From Spirochaetales bacterium (GTDB taxonomy: Bacteria > Spirochaetota > Spirochaetia > JABEVK01), in NCBI GenBank assembly GCA_037142615.1, contig JBAXAI010000008.1:69799-133798 (forward strand): a stretch of DNA of 64,000 bases, written 5' to 3'. This document shows positions 18,623 through 27,447 of the stretch, piece by piece. How positions within the stretch are numbered: position 1 is the first letter of the stretch; every line of letters begins with the position of its first letter. A program made the position numbers and the translations under genes. The notes under the pieces were generated by a model, which worked only from the letters and a program-made list of their open reading frames with translations, did no database searches and had not been told where the DNA came from.

Positions 18623-19413
18623 AGATTGAAACTCCTCACAAGGCCGGAAGTCAGCAGGGTCCAGCCGTCGATCATGACAAAGAGGATGAGCTTGAAAGGC
18701 ATCGAGATCATTACCGGTGGCAACATGATCATCCCCATCGCCATCAGCACCGAGGCCACCACCATGTCGATGATGATAAACGGAATGAAGATGAGGATGC
18801 CGATTTTGAAGGCCACGGTCATTTCATGGAGAATGAACGCGGGAACCAGCACGTAGGTGGGCACATCGGCCAGGTTGTTGGGCTTGGGGAGCGAGGACAG
18901 CCGCATAAAAAGCTTGATGTCGTCGTGGTTGTTGCTCTGCATCTGCTTGTACATGAACAGCCTCAGCGGACTTTCTGCTTTTTGCAGGAACTCTGTGGTG
19001 TTCGCTTTTCCTTCTGAGTAAGGAACATACGCCTCGTTATAGATGCGCTGGAACACCGGCCACATGATGAACAACGTCATGAACAGGGCGATGCCGAGCA
19101 TCACCTGGTTGGGAGGCGCCTGCTGCAACCCCAGGGCACGCTTGACGAAGTCGAGCACGATGCTGATGCGCAGAAAGCTCGTCATCAGGATGAGCAACGA
19201 CGGCGCGAGGCTGAGGACGGTGAGCAAGACAAGAAGCTGAACGGAAAGGGCCGTTTCCTGCTGGTTCTGGGCCGGTCGAAGCGCGATGTCGACAAACGGC
19301 AGATTCAGGCCGTTGGTCGTTTGGACCACCCGCTGTTGCGCGGCCAGCTCAGGTACGGCGCCCCCCCCCAGGAGCAAGCCGACAGCCAGCACGACGAGTA
19401 ATTTCTTTTTCAT
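18619..19413 (-). CDS. fliP: Flagellar export protein FliP
   Basis: LSLAPS..MTSFLRI, PPNQV and MGMIMLPP motifs. Confidence 0.97.
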   Translation of the reverse strand: MKKKLLVVLAVGLLLGGGAVPELAAQQRVVQTTNGLNLPFVDIALRPAQNQQETALSVQLLVLLTVLSLAPSLLILMTSFLRISIVLDFVKRALGLQQAPPNQVMLGIALFMTLFIMWPVFQRIYNEAYVPYSEGKANTTEFLQKAESPLRLFMYKQMQSNNHDDIKLFMRLSSLPKPNNLADVPTYVLVPAFILHEMTVAFKIGILIFIPFIIIDMVVASVLMAMGMIMLPPVMISMPFKLILFVMIDGWTLLTSGLVRSFNL

Positions 19414-19439
19414 TCCCCCCCCAGGTATTGAAAAAAAAA
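19361..19439 (-). repeat. Clustered homopolymers at the fliP start: G9 (coding), G8 (SD), T9 (leader)
   Basis: Plus strand C9 at 19361-19369, C8 at 19415-19422, A9 at 19431-19439. Confidence 0.9.
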
Positions 19440-19497
19440 CTCACATCAATTGTTTCAATCGAAGTATGGTTCTCTGACGGGCATTGTAACCCGGAAA

Positions 19498-20157
19498 TTA
19501 GAGATTCTTCAACCGTTCCCTTTGCTTTTTGATGAAATCCGTCGAATTCTCGACCGGTTCGTCAATTTTCGGACGAATTTTCTCACGTTGACCCAACATT
19601 GTGCCGATAATGGCGGCGAAACTACCTTGCAGGGGGACAGCCTTCTTTTCGGAGGCGGCCAACCTCAACGCATCCACTGTCTCGGCGTCGGTGATTTGTT
19701 TCACCAGATTGACGCTGCCCTCGGCGCTTCCGACCAGCAGGATCTCGTTGCCAACCTCGATGAGCAACAGCGCTCGGTTGCCTGCCAAAGTGTGATTATG
19801 CAGAACTTTAATGGGGCTTTCGACCAGGCTTCCCTGCCCCGAAATCTTGCGCAGGAACCAGACCACACCGAGGATCATGCCGATCACCAGAACCAAAAGG
19901 AAGACCATCTTGACGTAGTCCCAGATGGTGACGTCGCCGGAAGGCTGGGCGGTATTGGCGGCCGCCGCGGGGGTGCCCGTATTGGCGGCGGGATCAGCGG
20001 CAGTGGTGTCGCCGCCGGTGATGCCCAAGGCCTTTTCGTCCGGGGCAACCACGGTCGCGGCGGTCGCCGGTGCCGGGGTGGCAGCGGGCTTTGGCGTCTG
20101 GGCCACCAAGGTGGCCGACGCGAGCAGTAGCACAGCGAACAGGGTGCGGATTTTCAC
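19498..20157 (-). CDS. fliZ: FliO/FliZ family flagellar protein
   Basis: Signal peptide, TM helix and LLIEVGNEILLVGSAEGSVNL; lies upstream of fliP. Confidence 0.85.
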   Translation of the reverse strand: MKIRTLFAVLLLASATLVAQTPKPAATPAPATAATVVAPDEKALGITGGDTTAADPAANTGTPAAAANTAQPSGDVTIWDYVKMVFLLVLVIGMILGVVWFLRKISGQGSLVESPIKVLHNHTLAGNRALLLIEVGNEILLVGSAEGSVNLVKQITDAETVDALRLAASEKKAVPLQGSFAAIIGTMLGQREKIRPKIDEPVENSTDFIKKQRERLKNL

Positions 20158-20230
20158 GGCGGCCCTCCCACCTACAACCTACCAAATTATCAGGCGGCGG
20201 AAAAGAGCCGAGGCGGTGACTTTCTGAGCC

Positions 20231-23200
20231 CTACTCTTGCCAGGTAAGGGCGTCGCCCACCCCGGCCCGCCCCGGCTCGCCCGTGGTCGTCGTGCTGCCC
20301 GAAGCCGCCAGCCGGTTGGAGGCAGGCTCCGGGCCCAGGCCAACTTGCGACGCGAAACTTGCGATCCTGGTCGAGCCTGGGTTGGAAGAAGTCGCGCTGG
20401 ACAGCCACGCGGCAGCCTCTTCGCGCTTCTGGGATTTGAGGCTGAGCGCCGCCAGATTCAGGTACGCGGTAACGTAGGTAGGATCCTTCTGAACGACGGC
20501 TTTCAGCGTCGCGACCGCCAAGGCGTTCTCGAGGAACTTGGACTGCCACTGGGCCAGCCGGTTCATCGTCTTGGACCACGCGGAACCAGTCTGGGTCCTG
20601 GCCTCGGCTTCCAGCGCCTTCAAGATCGGGGTGAATTGACTGTCGCGAAGGTCGCGCGCGCCGCGGGCCTGAACTTCAGTCTGGGTAAGGCTGTCGGCCT
20701 GGGGCGCGGGAAGCGTAGAGGGCGGGAGCGGAAGCGCGGGGTACGTGGCCCGTTGGTCAGCGACAACCACCATCTCGAAGTCCCGGGTCAGCTGGTACTT
20801 CGCCACCAAGGCCGAGGCCGCCTTCCACGAGGCGGTGAACCCATTCTGCAGGTCGGTGGACTCCAGGGGAATCCAAAGCGTGCCATGTGCCTTGAGGACG
20901 GCCAGACCGGGGGGGAACATCCAGCCGTTAGCTTCGGGTTCCTGCGAGTCGAAGGCCAGGAACACGTGACCCGGTGTGGTCAGAATCGCGGTCCCCAGGC
21001 CGGAAGCTTCGAGCAGCGAAGCCAAGAGCGCCGTCGTGTCATCGCAGTCACCCCCCTGGTAGGCCAGCGTCATGCGGGGGAACCTCACGGTGTCGACCAG
21101 GCCCGGGTCGGCTGACACCAGGCTGAACGACGACCGCGGATCCGGTACGTACCGTAGTGGCAACGCTCCCAACGCGGCGCATACTGCCGAAGCCCGGGCC
21201 ACCGCGCCCGAAAAAACCGGCTCACCGTCGGCGATGCGCAGCATCCGGAACGCTGCCTTGGCCACAGTGTCCTCATTGGGCGTCACAAAACTCGCCAACT
21301 TGGCGGTGTCGCTCCACGTGAGCGCGGTGCGTCGGTACAAGGTCAGAGGGCGCAGAAACTGGAACGATCGGGGCCCCTGCGAATCGGCGAACCTAACCGT
21401 GATCTGCACCTGCAGCGGCAAGTCCTCTTCGACGTTGAGGACCTGGTCGTTGAGCAGCACCTGGAGAGGCAAAGTAGCCTCGTGGCCCGGCTCCAACGTA
21501 GCGGTGGTGGCCCCGGCCGAGGGAAAGTCCATGAAGTGCGGCAGGTAGACCTCGACGCGCAAGTCTTTCAGGGCCTCGCCAAGGGTATTCTGAAGCACAA
21601 GCGTACCGGCGCGGCGGGTCCGGTAGGCCTGCAGCAGCGACGGGAACAAGGCTGCCAGGTCAAACTGGCGGACCTCAGGCAACGGAGCTTCGGTCGCGGG
21701 ACGGTCGTCAGCCTTGCCCCAATCGGTGCGCAGGGACAAGATTCGGCGGGTCACCTCCTGGTCCTGCGGGGCCAGCGAGCGCAACCGCTCCAGCACTTTC
21801 ATGGCCCGGCTGTAGGCCTCCCGGGCCGACTCAGGGCCGAGGCGCGCCAACAGGTCGCGAGTGGACTTTTCGGCGGCGGCGGCCCGAGTCTTGAGAAGTG
21901 AGGTTTGCAGGCTTGCCTTGCGGTCGCTCGCGGAAGCATCCATCGGACGCAGTTCCAGGTACCGGTCCAGCACCACCCGCTCGGCTTCGTCAGCCCCCTG
22001 GGAACGGTAGGCTTCGGCCAGGGCCTTGTGCGTTTCGGGCTTGCTCGGCTGCGCCAGAGTCTTTTGGTAGGCGCTGGCAATGGTTGCCAAGTCTACCGGG
22101 AGCTTGGAAGGGTCTTCGGAAAAGCGCAGGATGCGGTGCCCTGCGTAGTCGTTGACAAAATACACTCCGTCGGAGCCTCGCACCACATCGGTCAACGTTG
22201 AGAAGGTCAGCGTCAGGCCCTCAGACTTGCCGTTCCACAGCCATAGCAAGTTTCCCCGGGCGTCAAAGTGGCGGAGGTCTTGCAGGGTCACAGCCAGGTA
22301 AGAACCATCGGGGAGCAGCGTCATCTTGTAGAGCGCCTGACCGGCGTCCAGTTCCGGGTAGATGATGTCGCGCACATCCCCTTCGGGCGAAACGATGCGG
22401 ATGGAGCCCTTGCTCTGATCGAACAGACACAGGCTGTTGTCCGGGCCCGGACAAGCCGCAGAGTAATAAGCGTCGGGTGGCAGCGGAAGGTCCACCGGAC
22501 CACCAGGACGAAAGAGGCGGGCGGACTTCGGCTGGAGCGAGATGGCGAAAGGAACGCCCTCGCCCAGAAGACCGAAAAGCGATCCCGGAGACAGGTCGAC
22601 CCTTAGCTTCTGAAAGCTGAAGGAACCTTCGACGAAAGACCATAGCCCGGTACCATCGGAAGAGCGTACGTAGAGGGTTCCCGCCGGAGTGACGGCCAGG
22701 CCGAACGCGAAGTTCACCTGCCCTTCCTCGGTCAACGCCTGAGCCGGTAGACCGACGACCTGCCACCGCTGATCGAGTTCGAGAACCGTGTTGATGCAGG
22801 CCACCAGCAGGTGACCGCTACGGCTCTGCGCCAGACCATACGGCGACAAGTACGAGGTTCCGAGGGGAAGATCCAGTCCCTGCAGGTCCTGCAAAGAAAA
22901 CTGGTCGATCAACCGCGGCGTCACCCCCGAAACCTTCGCCTGAGCGGGCCGAAGGAGCGCCTCGAGGGCACGCGCAAGCTCCAGCGGCAGCGAGGGAGTG
23001 ACCGAGGCAAACTGCAGGTATTTCGTGCGCGGGTTCGGGGACTGGTCCCCTTCCAGCTTCAGGATGAGAGTGAAAGAACCTGCCGTGCCAACCAGCATCG
23101 AAGTCACTTTGACGCCCGACTCCGTGGCCATCAGGGGCATATCATCCTGGAGGCGATCGAGTGCCCGCGCCCAAACGGTCGCCATGGCCTTGGCGGTGGC

Positions 23201-23323
23201 CGCGTCGACAAGGTTCCAGGTCGGTGGTGGAGCCAACTCGGCCGCATCGACGGTTTGCGCTGAAGTGGCGGCAACCAAGCCCAAGGGGAGCAGCAGCAGT
23301 CCGAACAGCGCAAGACCTTTCAT
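20231..23323 (-). CDS. Large exported protein (1030 aa): beta-propeller-like region + TPR + Ig-like + transglutaminase-like Cys domain + TPR
   Basis: ATG 23323 follows GGGAGG and overlaps the upstream stop (ATGA). Signal peptide [21 protein letters not shown]-like repeats (PYGLA, FGLAVTPAGTLYV). GGDCDD..LASLLEASG..PGHVFLAF..WIPLES motif. Confidence 0.75.
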   Translation of the reverse strand: MKGLALFGLLLLPLGLVAATSAQTVDAAELAPPPTWNLVDAATAKAMATVWARALDRLQDDMPLMATESGVKVTSMLVGTAGSFTLILKLEGDQSPNPRTKYLQFASVTPSLPLELARALEALLRPAQAKVSGVTPRLIDQFSLQDLQGLDLPLGTSYLSPYGLAQSRSGHLLVACINTVLELDQRWQVVGLPAQALTEEGQVNFAFGLAVTPAGTLYVRSSDGTGLWSFVEGSFSFQKLRVDLSPGSLFGLLGEGVPFAISLQPKSARLFRPGGPVDLPLPPDAYYSAACPGPDNSLCLFDQSKGSIRIVSPEGDVRDIIYPELDAGQALYKMTLLPDGSYLAVTLQDLRHFDARGNLLWLWNGKSEGLTLTFSTLTDVVRGSDGVYFVNDYAGHRILRFSEDPSKLPVDLATIASAYQKTLAQPSKPETHKALAEAYRSQGADEAERVVLDRYLELRPMDASASDRKASLQTSLLKTRAAAAEKSTRDLLARLGPESAREAYSRAMKVLERLRSLAPQDQEVTRRILSLRTDWGKADDRPATEAPLPEVRQFDLAALFPSLLQAYRTRRAGTLVLQNTLGEALKDLRVEVYLPHFMDFPSAGATTATLEPGHEATLPLQVLLNDQVLNVEEDLPLQVQITVRFADSQGPRSFQFLRPLTLYRRTALTWSDTAKLASFVTPNEDTVAKAAFRMLRIADGEPVFSGAVARASAVCAALGALPLRYVPDPRSSFSLVSADPGLVDTVRFPRMTLAYQGGDCDDTTALLASLLEASGLGTAILTTPGHVFLAFDSQEPEANGWMFPPGLAVLKAHGTLWIPLESTDLQNGFTASWKAASALVAKYQLTRDFEMVVVADQRATYPALPLPPSTLPAPQADSLTQTEVQARGARDLRDSQFTPILKALEAEARTQTGSAWSKTMNRLAQWQSKFLENALAVATLKAVVQKDPTYVTAYLNLAALSLKSQKREEAAAWLSSATSSNPGSTRIASFASQVGLGPEPASNRLAASGSTTTTGEPGRAGVGDALTWQE

Positions 23324-24267
23324 TTCGCCTCCCAGGTTCTCGGGCGGGTGAACACCAGCACCTGGTTGCGCATTTCGCGCGGTAGGATACCCCGGGCCAG
23401 GTCGGGCCGTTCGGTGCGGACAAAGCCTTCCGGGTTCGCGTACAGTTCGGGGTCGCCGGTAGCACCAGGGACCAGACTCCCCAGCACGATGTACACCTGC
23501 GTCGAGGCCCGGGCAAGGATGGCTTTTTCCCAAGAGTTGCCCGGGTCGGGCCAGCAACTGATGACCACCGGTGGGGCGTACTTTTCCAGGGCTGCCTGCG
23601 CGTCGAGCGATTCCACTTCGGAAGGATAGTCGATCACCGACGACCAACTATGGTTGTCGGTAGCGTGAACGGAGCATCCAGCCTGGGTCAGCAAACGGCT
23701 CAAGGTACCGTCGCCTGCCCCCACTTCCACGCACGGCAAGCCGGCGATCAACCGCCGCAATCCTGTGATCAGCGACCGACCGTAGAAGCAGTAGAGGCCC
23801 TTCTTGTTCACCAGAGGCATCAGGAAGGCTTTCTGGGTGACCAGTGGCCACACCAGCGTGTGGTGCCAGCCGCTGACGGCCTTTCGCCGAAACCCGGGGC
23901 CCTCAAACAGGAGGTTTTGCAACAGGAAGGCGTTCCACCGGTTGAAGCGGACTGCGCCCGTGGTTTTTGTCTGGGCGGCCAAGGTGTAGTTCTTCAAGGC
24001 CAGCGTCATCATGCGCGAGCGTAGAAGCACCGGAAAAAACACCGCCAGAACCTGCGGGTTGTACCCGCTCTTGACGATGCGCTCGAGCGCGGCCCGTGAA
24101 TCCTTGGCGGCTTGAACCACCGCCGGAACACCACCGGAGGCTAACAGCAAGCGCAGTTCGCGGTCGCTGCGTTCCCAGTCGCCGGGGTAGCCCGCGATGA
24201 GGGCCTTCAGGGTCGACTGACCCTTCAGAAACTCATCGAGAGCCGCCCGGCTGTAGTCGGGGCTCAG
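23320..24267 (-). CDS. Class I SAM-dependent methyltransferase-like protein, probable CTG start
   Basis: Motif [18 protein letters not shown] and VISCWP. Frame is open to TAA at 24291-24289 with no ATG upstream of 24150. CTG 24267 overlaps the fliY stop (CTGA). Confidence 0.75.
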   Translation of the reverse strand: MSPDYSRAALDEFLKGQSTLKALIAGYPGDWERSDRELRLLLASGGVPAVVQAAKDSRAALERIVKSGYNPQVLAVFFPVLLRSRMMTLALKNYTLAAQTKTTGAVRFNRWNAFLLQNLLFEGPGFRRKAVSGWHHTLVWPLVTQKAFLMPLVNKKGLYCFYGRSLITGLRRLIAGLPCVEVGAGDGTLSRLLTQAGCSVHATDNHSWSSVIDYPSEVESLDAQAALEKYAPPVVISCWPDPGNSWEKAILARASTQVYIVLGSLVPGATGDPELYANPEGFVRTERPDLARGILPREMRNQVLVFTRPRTWEAK

Positions 24268-25472
24268 TTTTCGAGGGCCTTGTCGGGATTACTGACGATT
24301 TCGGTGACGCGCACGCCGAAGTTTTCATCGATGACCACGACTTCACCCTTGGCGATCAACTTGTGGTTGACCAGGATGTCGACCGCTTCGCCGGCGAGTT
24401 TGTCGAGCGCGATGATGGTGCCTTCGCCCATCGACAGGATCTCTTTGATCTGCTTCTTGGCGCGGCCGAGCTCGACCGTCACTTCCATGGTGACGTCCAT
24501 CAGCAGGCCAATATTTCCTTGCTCTCCCGAGGAATAGCCGGCATTCAGGTTGGGCAGTTGTACCCCCTGGACGTTGGGGTACATGCCGGGTGGCGGCGCG
24601 TAGCCCTGCGGCGGGTAACCGGGGGGAGGATAGCCACCCTGTTGCGGATACCCTTGCGGCGGGTAGCCGCCCTGCTGAGGGTAACCCTGCTGAGGGGGGT
24701 AACCACCCTGCTGGGGAAAGCCCTGCTGAGGGTAGCCTTGCTGGGGCGGGTAGCCACCCTGTTGAGGCTGGCCAAAGTTTTGCATGGGCATTCCCGCGTT
24801 GCCCTGCTGGGCGCCGCCACCCTGCGCGGGCGAGCCGCCGCCGGGGGTAGTCAGCGTGCGCAAGAAGTTCGCATCAAAGGCTTCGATGATCTTGTACGAA
24901 TCGGTGTCGGCCATCATCGTCCACGTCGCTGTGATGATCTGGTCGGTACTCGGCTGGATCATGGCCTTGACGGTTTTTTGGCCCTGCACCGGACCAGGAG
25001 AAAACTCCTGACTGGCTTTGCGGCTCAACGAGGTGACGAGCGAGCCCGACAGCATCGAGGCAAGTTCCTCGAGGGCGCCAATGCCGGTTTCGTTGAGTTC
25101 GACCTCGGCTTGCCCCATGATGGCGCCTGCCATCTGCGCGGCGTCTTCGGGGTCGATGTAAAACGCATGGTCGGCACTCAGGTCGCCCACGAAGTCGGCA
25201 CGGAGTTCCACCACTTCCTGGCTGAGGTTGTCCAGAAGGCCGTCTTTGTCGACCAGTTCGAAGGTTGGCGGGTTGAGGGTGATCTTCTTGCCGGTGATCA
25301 TGCCGCCGATGGAGTTCGTCAGCCCAGGGACGGCATCCTTGAACAGGGCCTTGAGCGCGGATTCTTCGGCAGCCGCGAGCGACTTCTTGGAGGACTTGGA
25401 CGAACCGCCGCCTCCTCCACCACCCATGAGCAGCGCGTCGATTTCGTCCTGGGACAGGGTCAGGTCACTCAT
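24264..25472 (-). CDS. fliY: Flagellar switch protein FliY/FliN (CheC-like domain + SpoA domain)
   Basis: [11 protein letters not shown]-terminus; C-terminal [24 protein letters not shown]. Confidence 0.93.
   Translation of the reverse strand: MSDLTLSQDEIDALLMGGGGGGGSSKSSKKSLAAAEESALKALFKDAVPGLTNSIGGMITGKKITLNPPTFELVDKDGLLDNLSQEVVELRADFVGDLSADHAFYIDPEDAAQMAGAIMGQAEVELNETGIGALEELASMLSGSLVTSLSRKASQEFSPGPVQGQKTVKAMIQPSTDQIITATWTMMADTDSYKIIEAFDANFLRTLTTPGGGSPAQGGGAQQGNAGMPMQNFGQPQQGGYPPQQGYPQQGFPQQGGYPPQQGYPQQGGYPPQGYPQQGGYPPPGYPPQGYAPPPGMYPNVQGVQLPNLNAGYSSGEQGNIGLLMDVTMEVTVELGRAKKQIKEILSMGEGTIIALDKLAGEAVDILVNHKLIAKGEVVVIDENFGVRVTEIVSNPDKALEN
24577..24770 (-). repeat. Tandem QQG(G)YP(P) coding repeats in the FliY linker
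   Basis: [63 protein letters not shown]; 15-21 nt degenerate units. Confidence 0.9.
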
Positions 25473-25475
25473 GGT

Positions 25476-26501
25476 TCAATCCTCTCCTTCATCGGTCAGT
25501 TCCTCAAAATCCATCTGCTGAAGATCCTCGAGCACCTTGGTGATCTGGACGGCCACACGGTTGCCCATGAGGCCAGGGCGGCAATGGAACTTTTTGCGGT
25601 TGCCGATGGTGAAAACCAGCGGGTCTTCGATGTTTGTATTCGAAAGCCTGATGATGTCGCCGGGCTTGAGGCTCGCGACATCGCGCATCGGCAGGTTGAT
25701 CTTGCCGATTTCGGCGACCATGTTGACGGTAATGCCCGCCAAACGGTCGCGGATGGTGTTGAGGTTTTCGGTGGTGCCGCCGCGGCGCACCGACGAATAC
25801 CAGTACTGCGCGCTCAGCTTGCTGATGATGGGTTCGATGGTCAGGTACGGGATACAGAAGTTCATCATGCCTTCGACATCGCCGAGCTTGGTTTCGAGGG
25901 TAACGAGCACCACCATTTCGGTGGGGGGAACGATCTGGGCGAACTGCGGATTCACCTCGATCTGGCCCAAGCGCGGCCGCAGGTCGATGACCGACGCCCA
26001 GGCTTCGCGCATGTTGCCCAAAATGCGCACGATGATGCCTTCCATGACCGACATTTCGATTTCAGTGAGGTCGCGGGTGACCTTGACGCCCTCGCCGGGG
26101 CCACCAAACAGGCGGTCGATGATGCTGAACGTGACCGCAGGGTCGATCTCGAGGATGGCCGACCCCTTGAGCGGGTCCATGTTGATGACGGCCAGCGTCG
26201 TCGGGTTGGGAATGGAGCGGATGAACTCTTCGTAGGTGAGCTGGTCGACCGAGGCAACGTGCACCTGGATCAGGGTTCGCAGCTGCGCCGACAGGCTCGT
26301 CGTCGTGAGGCGCGCGAACGACTCGTGCATCGAGCTCACCGTGCGGATCTGTTCCTTCGAGAACTTGTCGGGACGTTTGAAGTCATAGATCTTGATCTTT
26401 TTTTGATCGGTGACCTTGGTGACGTCCTCGCTCTCGATGTCCCCCGTGGAAATGGCCGTGAGAAGCTGGTCGATTTCGTCCTGGGACAGAACTTCCGTCA
26501 T
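25476..26501 (-). CDS. fliM: Flagellar motor switch protein FliM
   Basis: LSQDEIDQLL and YDFKRPDKFSKEQ motifs. Confidence 0.97.
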   Translation of the reverse strand: MTEVLSQDEIDQLLTAISTGDIESEDVTKVTDQKKIKIYDFKRPDKFSKEQIRTVSSMHESFARLTTTSLSAQLRTLIQVHVASVDQLTYEEFIRSIPNPTTLAVINMDPLKGSAILEIDPAVTFSIIDRLFGGPGEGVKVTRDLTEIEMSVMEGIIVRILGNMREAWASVIDLRPRLGQIEVNPQFAQIVPPTEMVVLVTLETKLGDVEGMMNFCIPYLTIEPIISKLSAQYWYSSVRRGGTTENLNTIRDRLAGITVNMVAEIGKINLPMRDVASLKPGDIIRLSNTNIEDPLVFTIGNRKKFHCRPGLMGNRVAVQITKVLEDLQQMDFEELTDEGED

Positions 26502-26516
26502 GGCGGAGAGTCTCCT

Positions 26517-27080
26517 TTAGATACTTTCGGCGATGATAAACTGGAGGATGGCCACATCGCGGACCCGACCATCCTGCAGGATGTCGTTGATCTTCATGCG
26601 GATCTCTTCCTTGAACTCGTCCTCGCGCTCCTTCATTTCTTTGCCCGTTTTGGTGCCGATCAAGCGTCGGATAAGGTCCTGAATCTGCGGAATTCGACCA
26701 GTAAGCTCGGTATAGATGCGCACATCGGCCTTGCTGTCGTAGGCCAACTCGACCTTGAGGATAACCGAACGCCCCGGGTCATCGGCAGTGGTGGCGCGGA
26801 TATCAGGAACCGAGGCGAACCATTCGTAGACGGCAGGCTTGAGATTATACACCGGCGAGGCCTCGACGGTCTGCTGTTGGGGTTTGTCGCCCTGCATCAG
26901 GCTGAACACGATGACCGAAACCGTGGCCGAAAGGAGAATGGCACCGATGGCGCCGGCGACGATTTTGAGAATGAGTATGACGAACTCAGGAAGCGGTCCG
27001 CCCTTTTTCTTGCCACCCTCTTCCGCCCCGACTTCTGCTGGTGCTGCGTCGAGGGCTTCTTCTTCTTTTTCTTTCGCCAT
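26517..27080 (-). CDS. fliL: Flagellar basal body protein FliL
   Basis: Single TM helix and EEIRMKINDILQDGRVRDV; lies upstream of fliM. Confidence 0.88.
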   Translation of the reverse strand: MAKEKEEEALDAAPAEVGAEEGGKKKGGPLPEFVILILKIVAGAIGAILLSATVSVIVFSLMQGDKPQQQTVEASPVYNLKPAVYEWFASVPDIRATTADDPGRSVILKVELAYDSKADVRIYTELTGRIPQIQDLIRRLIGTKTGKEMKEREDEFKEEIRMKINDILQDGRVRDVAILQFIIAESI

Positions 27081-27097
27081 AAGGCTCTCCCAGTTGA

Positions 27098-27358
27098 CTA
27101 GTTATCCAGTTTATCGGCGTTTTTGCGGGCATGTAAAGCCCCAATTGCGTCGGCGACCGCCTCGCGGACCAGACTGAGGTCGGTCAACTGCCTGCGGTAG
27201 GTAACAATGCGCTGTTGCAAAGTTTCCAGGGTGTCACGAAGTACGTAACGCTTGCCCGAAACGAGGGTGACCGACACGTCGGGACGGGCCTCAATGCTTT
27301 CGATCTCATGGGGATTCAGGTAGAACACACTGCCGTCGAGGCGGGTCACTTCGATCAT
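27098..27358 (-). CDS. flbD: Flagellar protein FlbD
   Basis: MIEVTRLDGSVFYLNPHEIESIEARPD motif. Confidence 0.92.
   Translation of the reverse strand: MIEVTRLDGSVFYLNPHEIESIEARPDVSVTLVSGKRYVLRDTLETLQQRIVTYRRQLTDLSLVREAVADAIGALHARKNADKLDN
27111..27137 (-). promoter_or_regulatory. Putative sigma28 promoter for fliL, inside the flbD 3' end
   Basis: TTTA-N15-GCCGATAA. The -10 (27118-27111) is a perfect match; the -35 is imperfect. Confidence 0.45.
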
Positions 27359-27387
27359 GAAAGCTCCTTGGTGATAACCGACCGGGC

Positions 27388-27421
27388 AAAAGAAAAGGCA
27401 GGATCATTATCCTGCCTTTTT
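27388..27421. terminator. Intrinsic terminator-like hairpin after flgE
   Basis: AAAAGGCAGGAT-CATT-ATCCTGCCTTTT, with T-tracts on both strands. Confidence 0.75.
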
Positions 27422-27447
27422 CATTATTGAGTCAAGACTTAGGACGA

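Larger units (their letters stand above)
20224..24267. other. Two-gene accessory cassette within the flagellar operon, bounded by 8-bp inverted repeats
   Basis: CTGAGCCC (20224-20231) and GGGCTCAG (24260-24267), flanked by TTT on both sides (20221-20223, 24268-24270). Confidence 0.45.

Noticed and set aside
23324-23647. 108-aa N-terminal extension of the 1138-aa ORF
   Set aside because: Overlaps the methyltransferase; the SD and signal peptide indicate a start at 23323.
24577-24770. Periodic DNA repeats as a CRISPR array
   Set aside because: In-frame degenerate coding repeats with no unique spacers and no cas genes.
24363-27101. 912-aa plus-strand ORF, and similar long antisense ORFs (34088-36505, 13018-14394, 27427-28863, 44110-45789)
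   Set aside because: Shadow frames opposite well-conserved genes, expected from high GC3 codon bias; no recognisable motifs.
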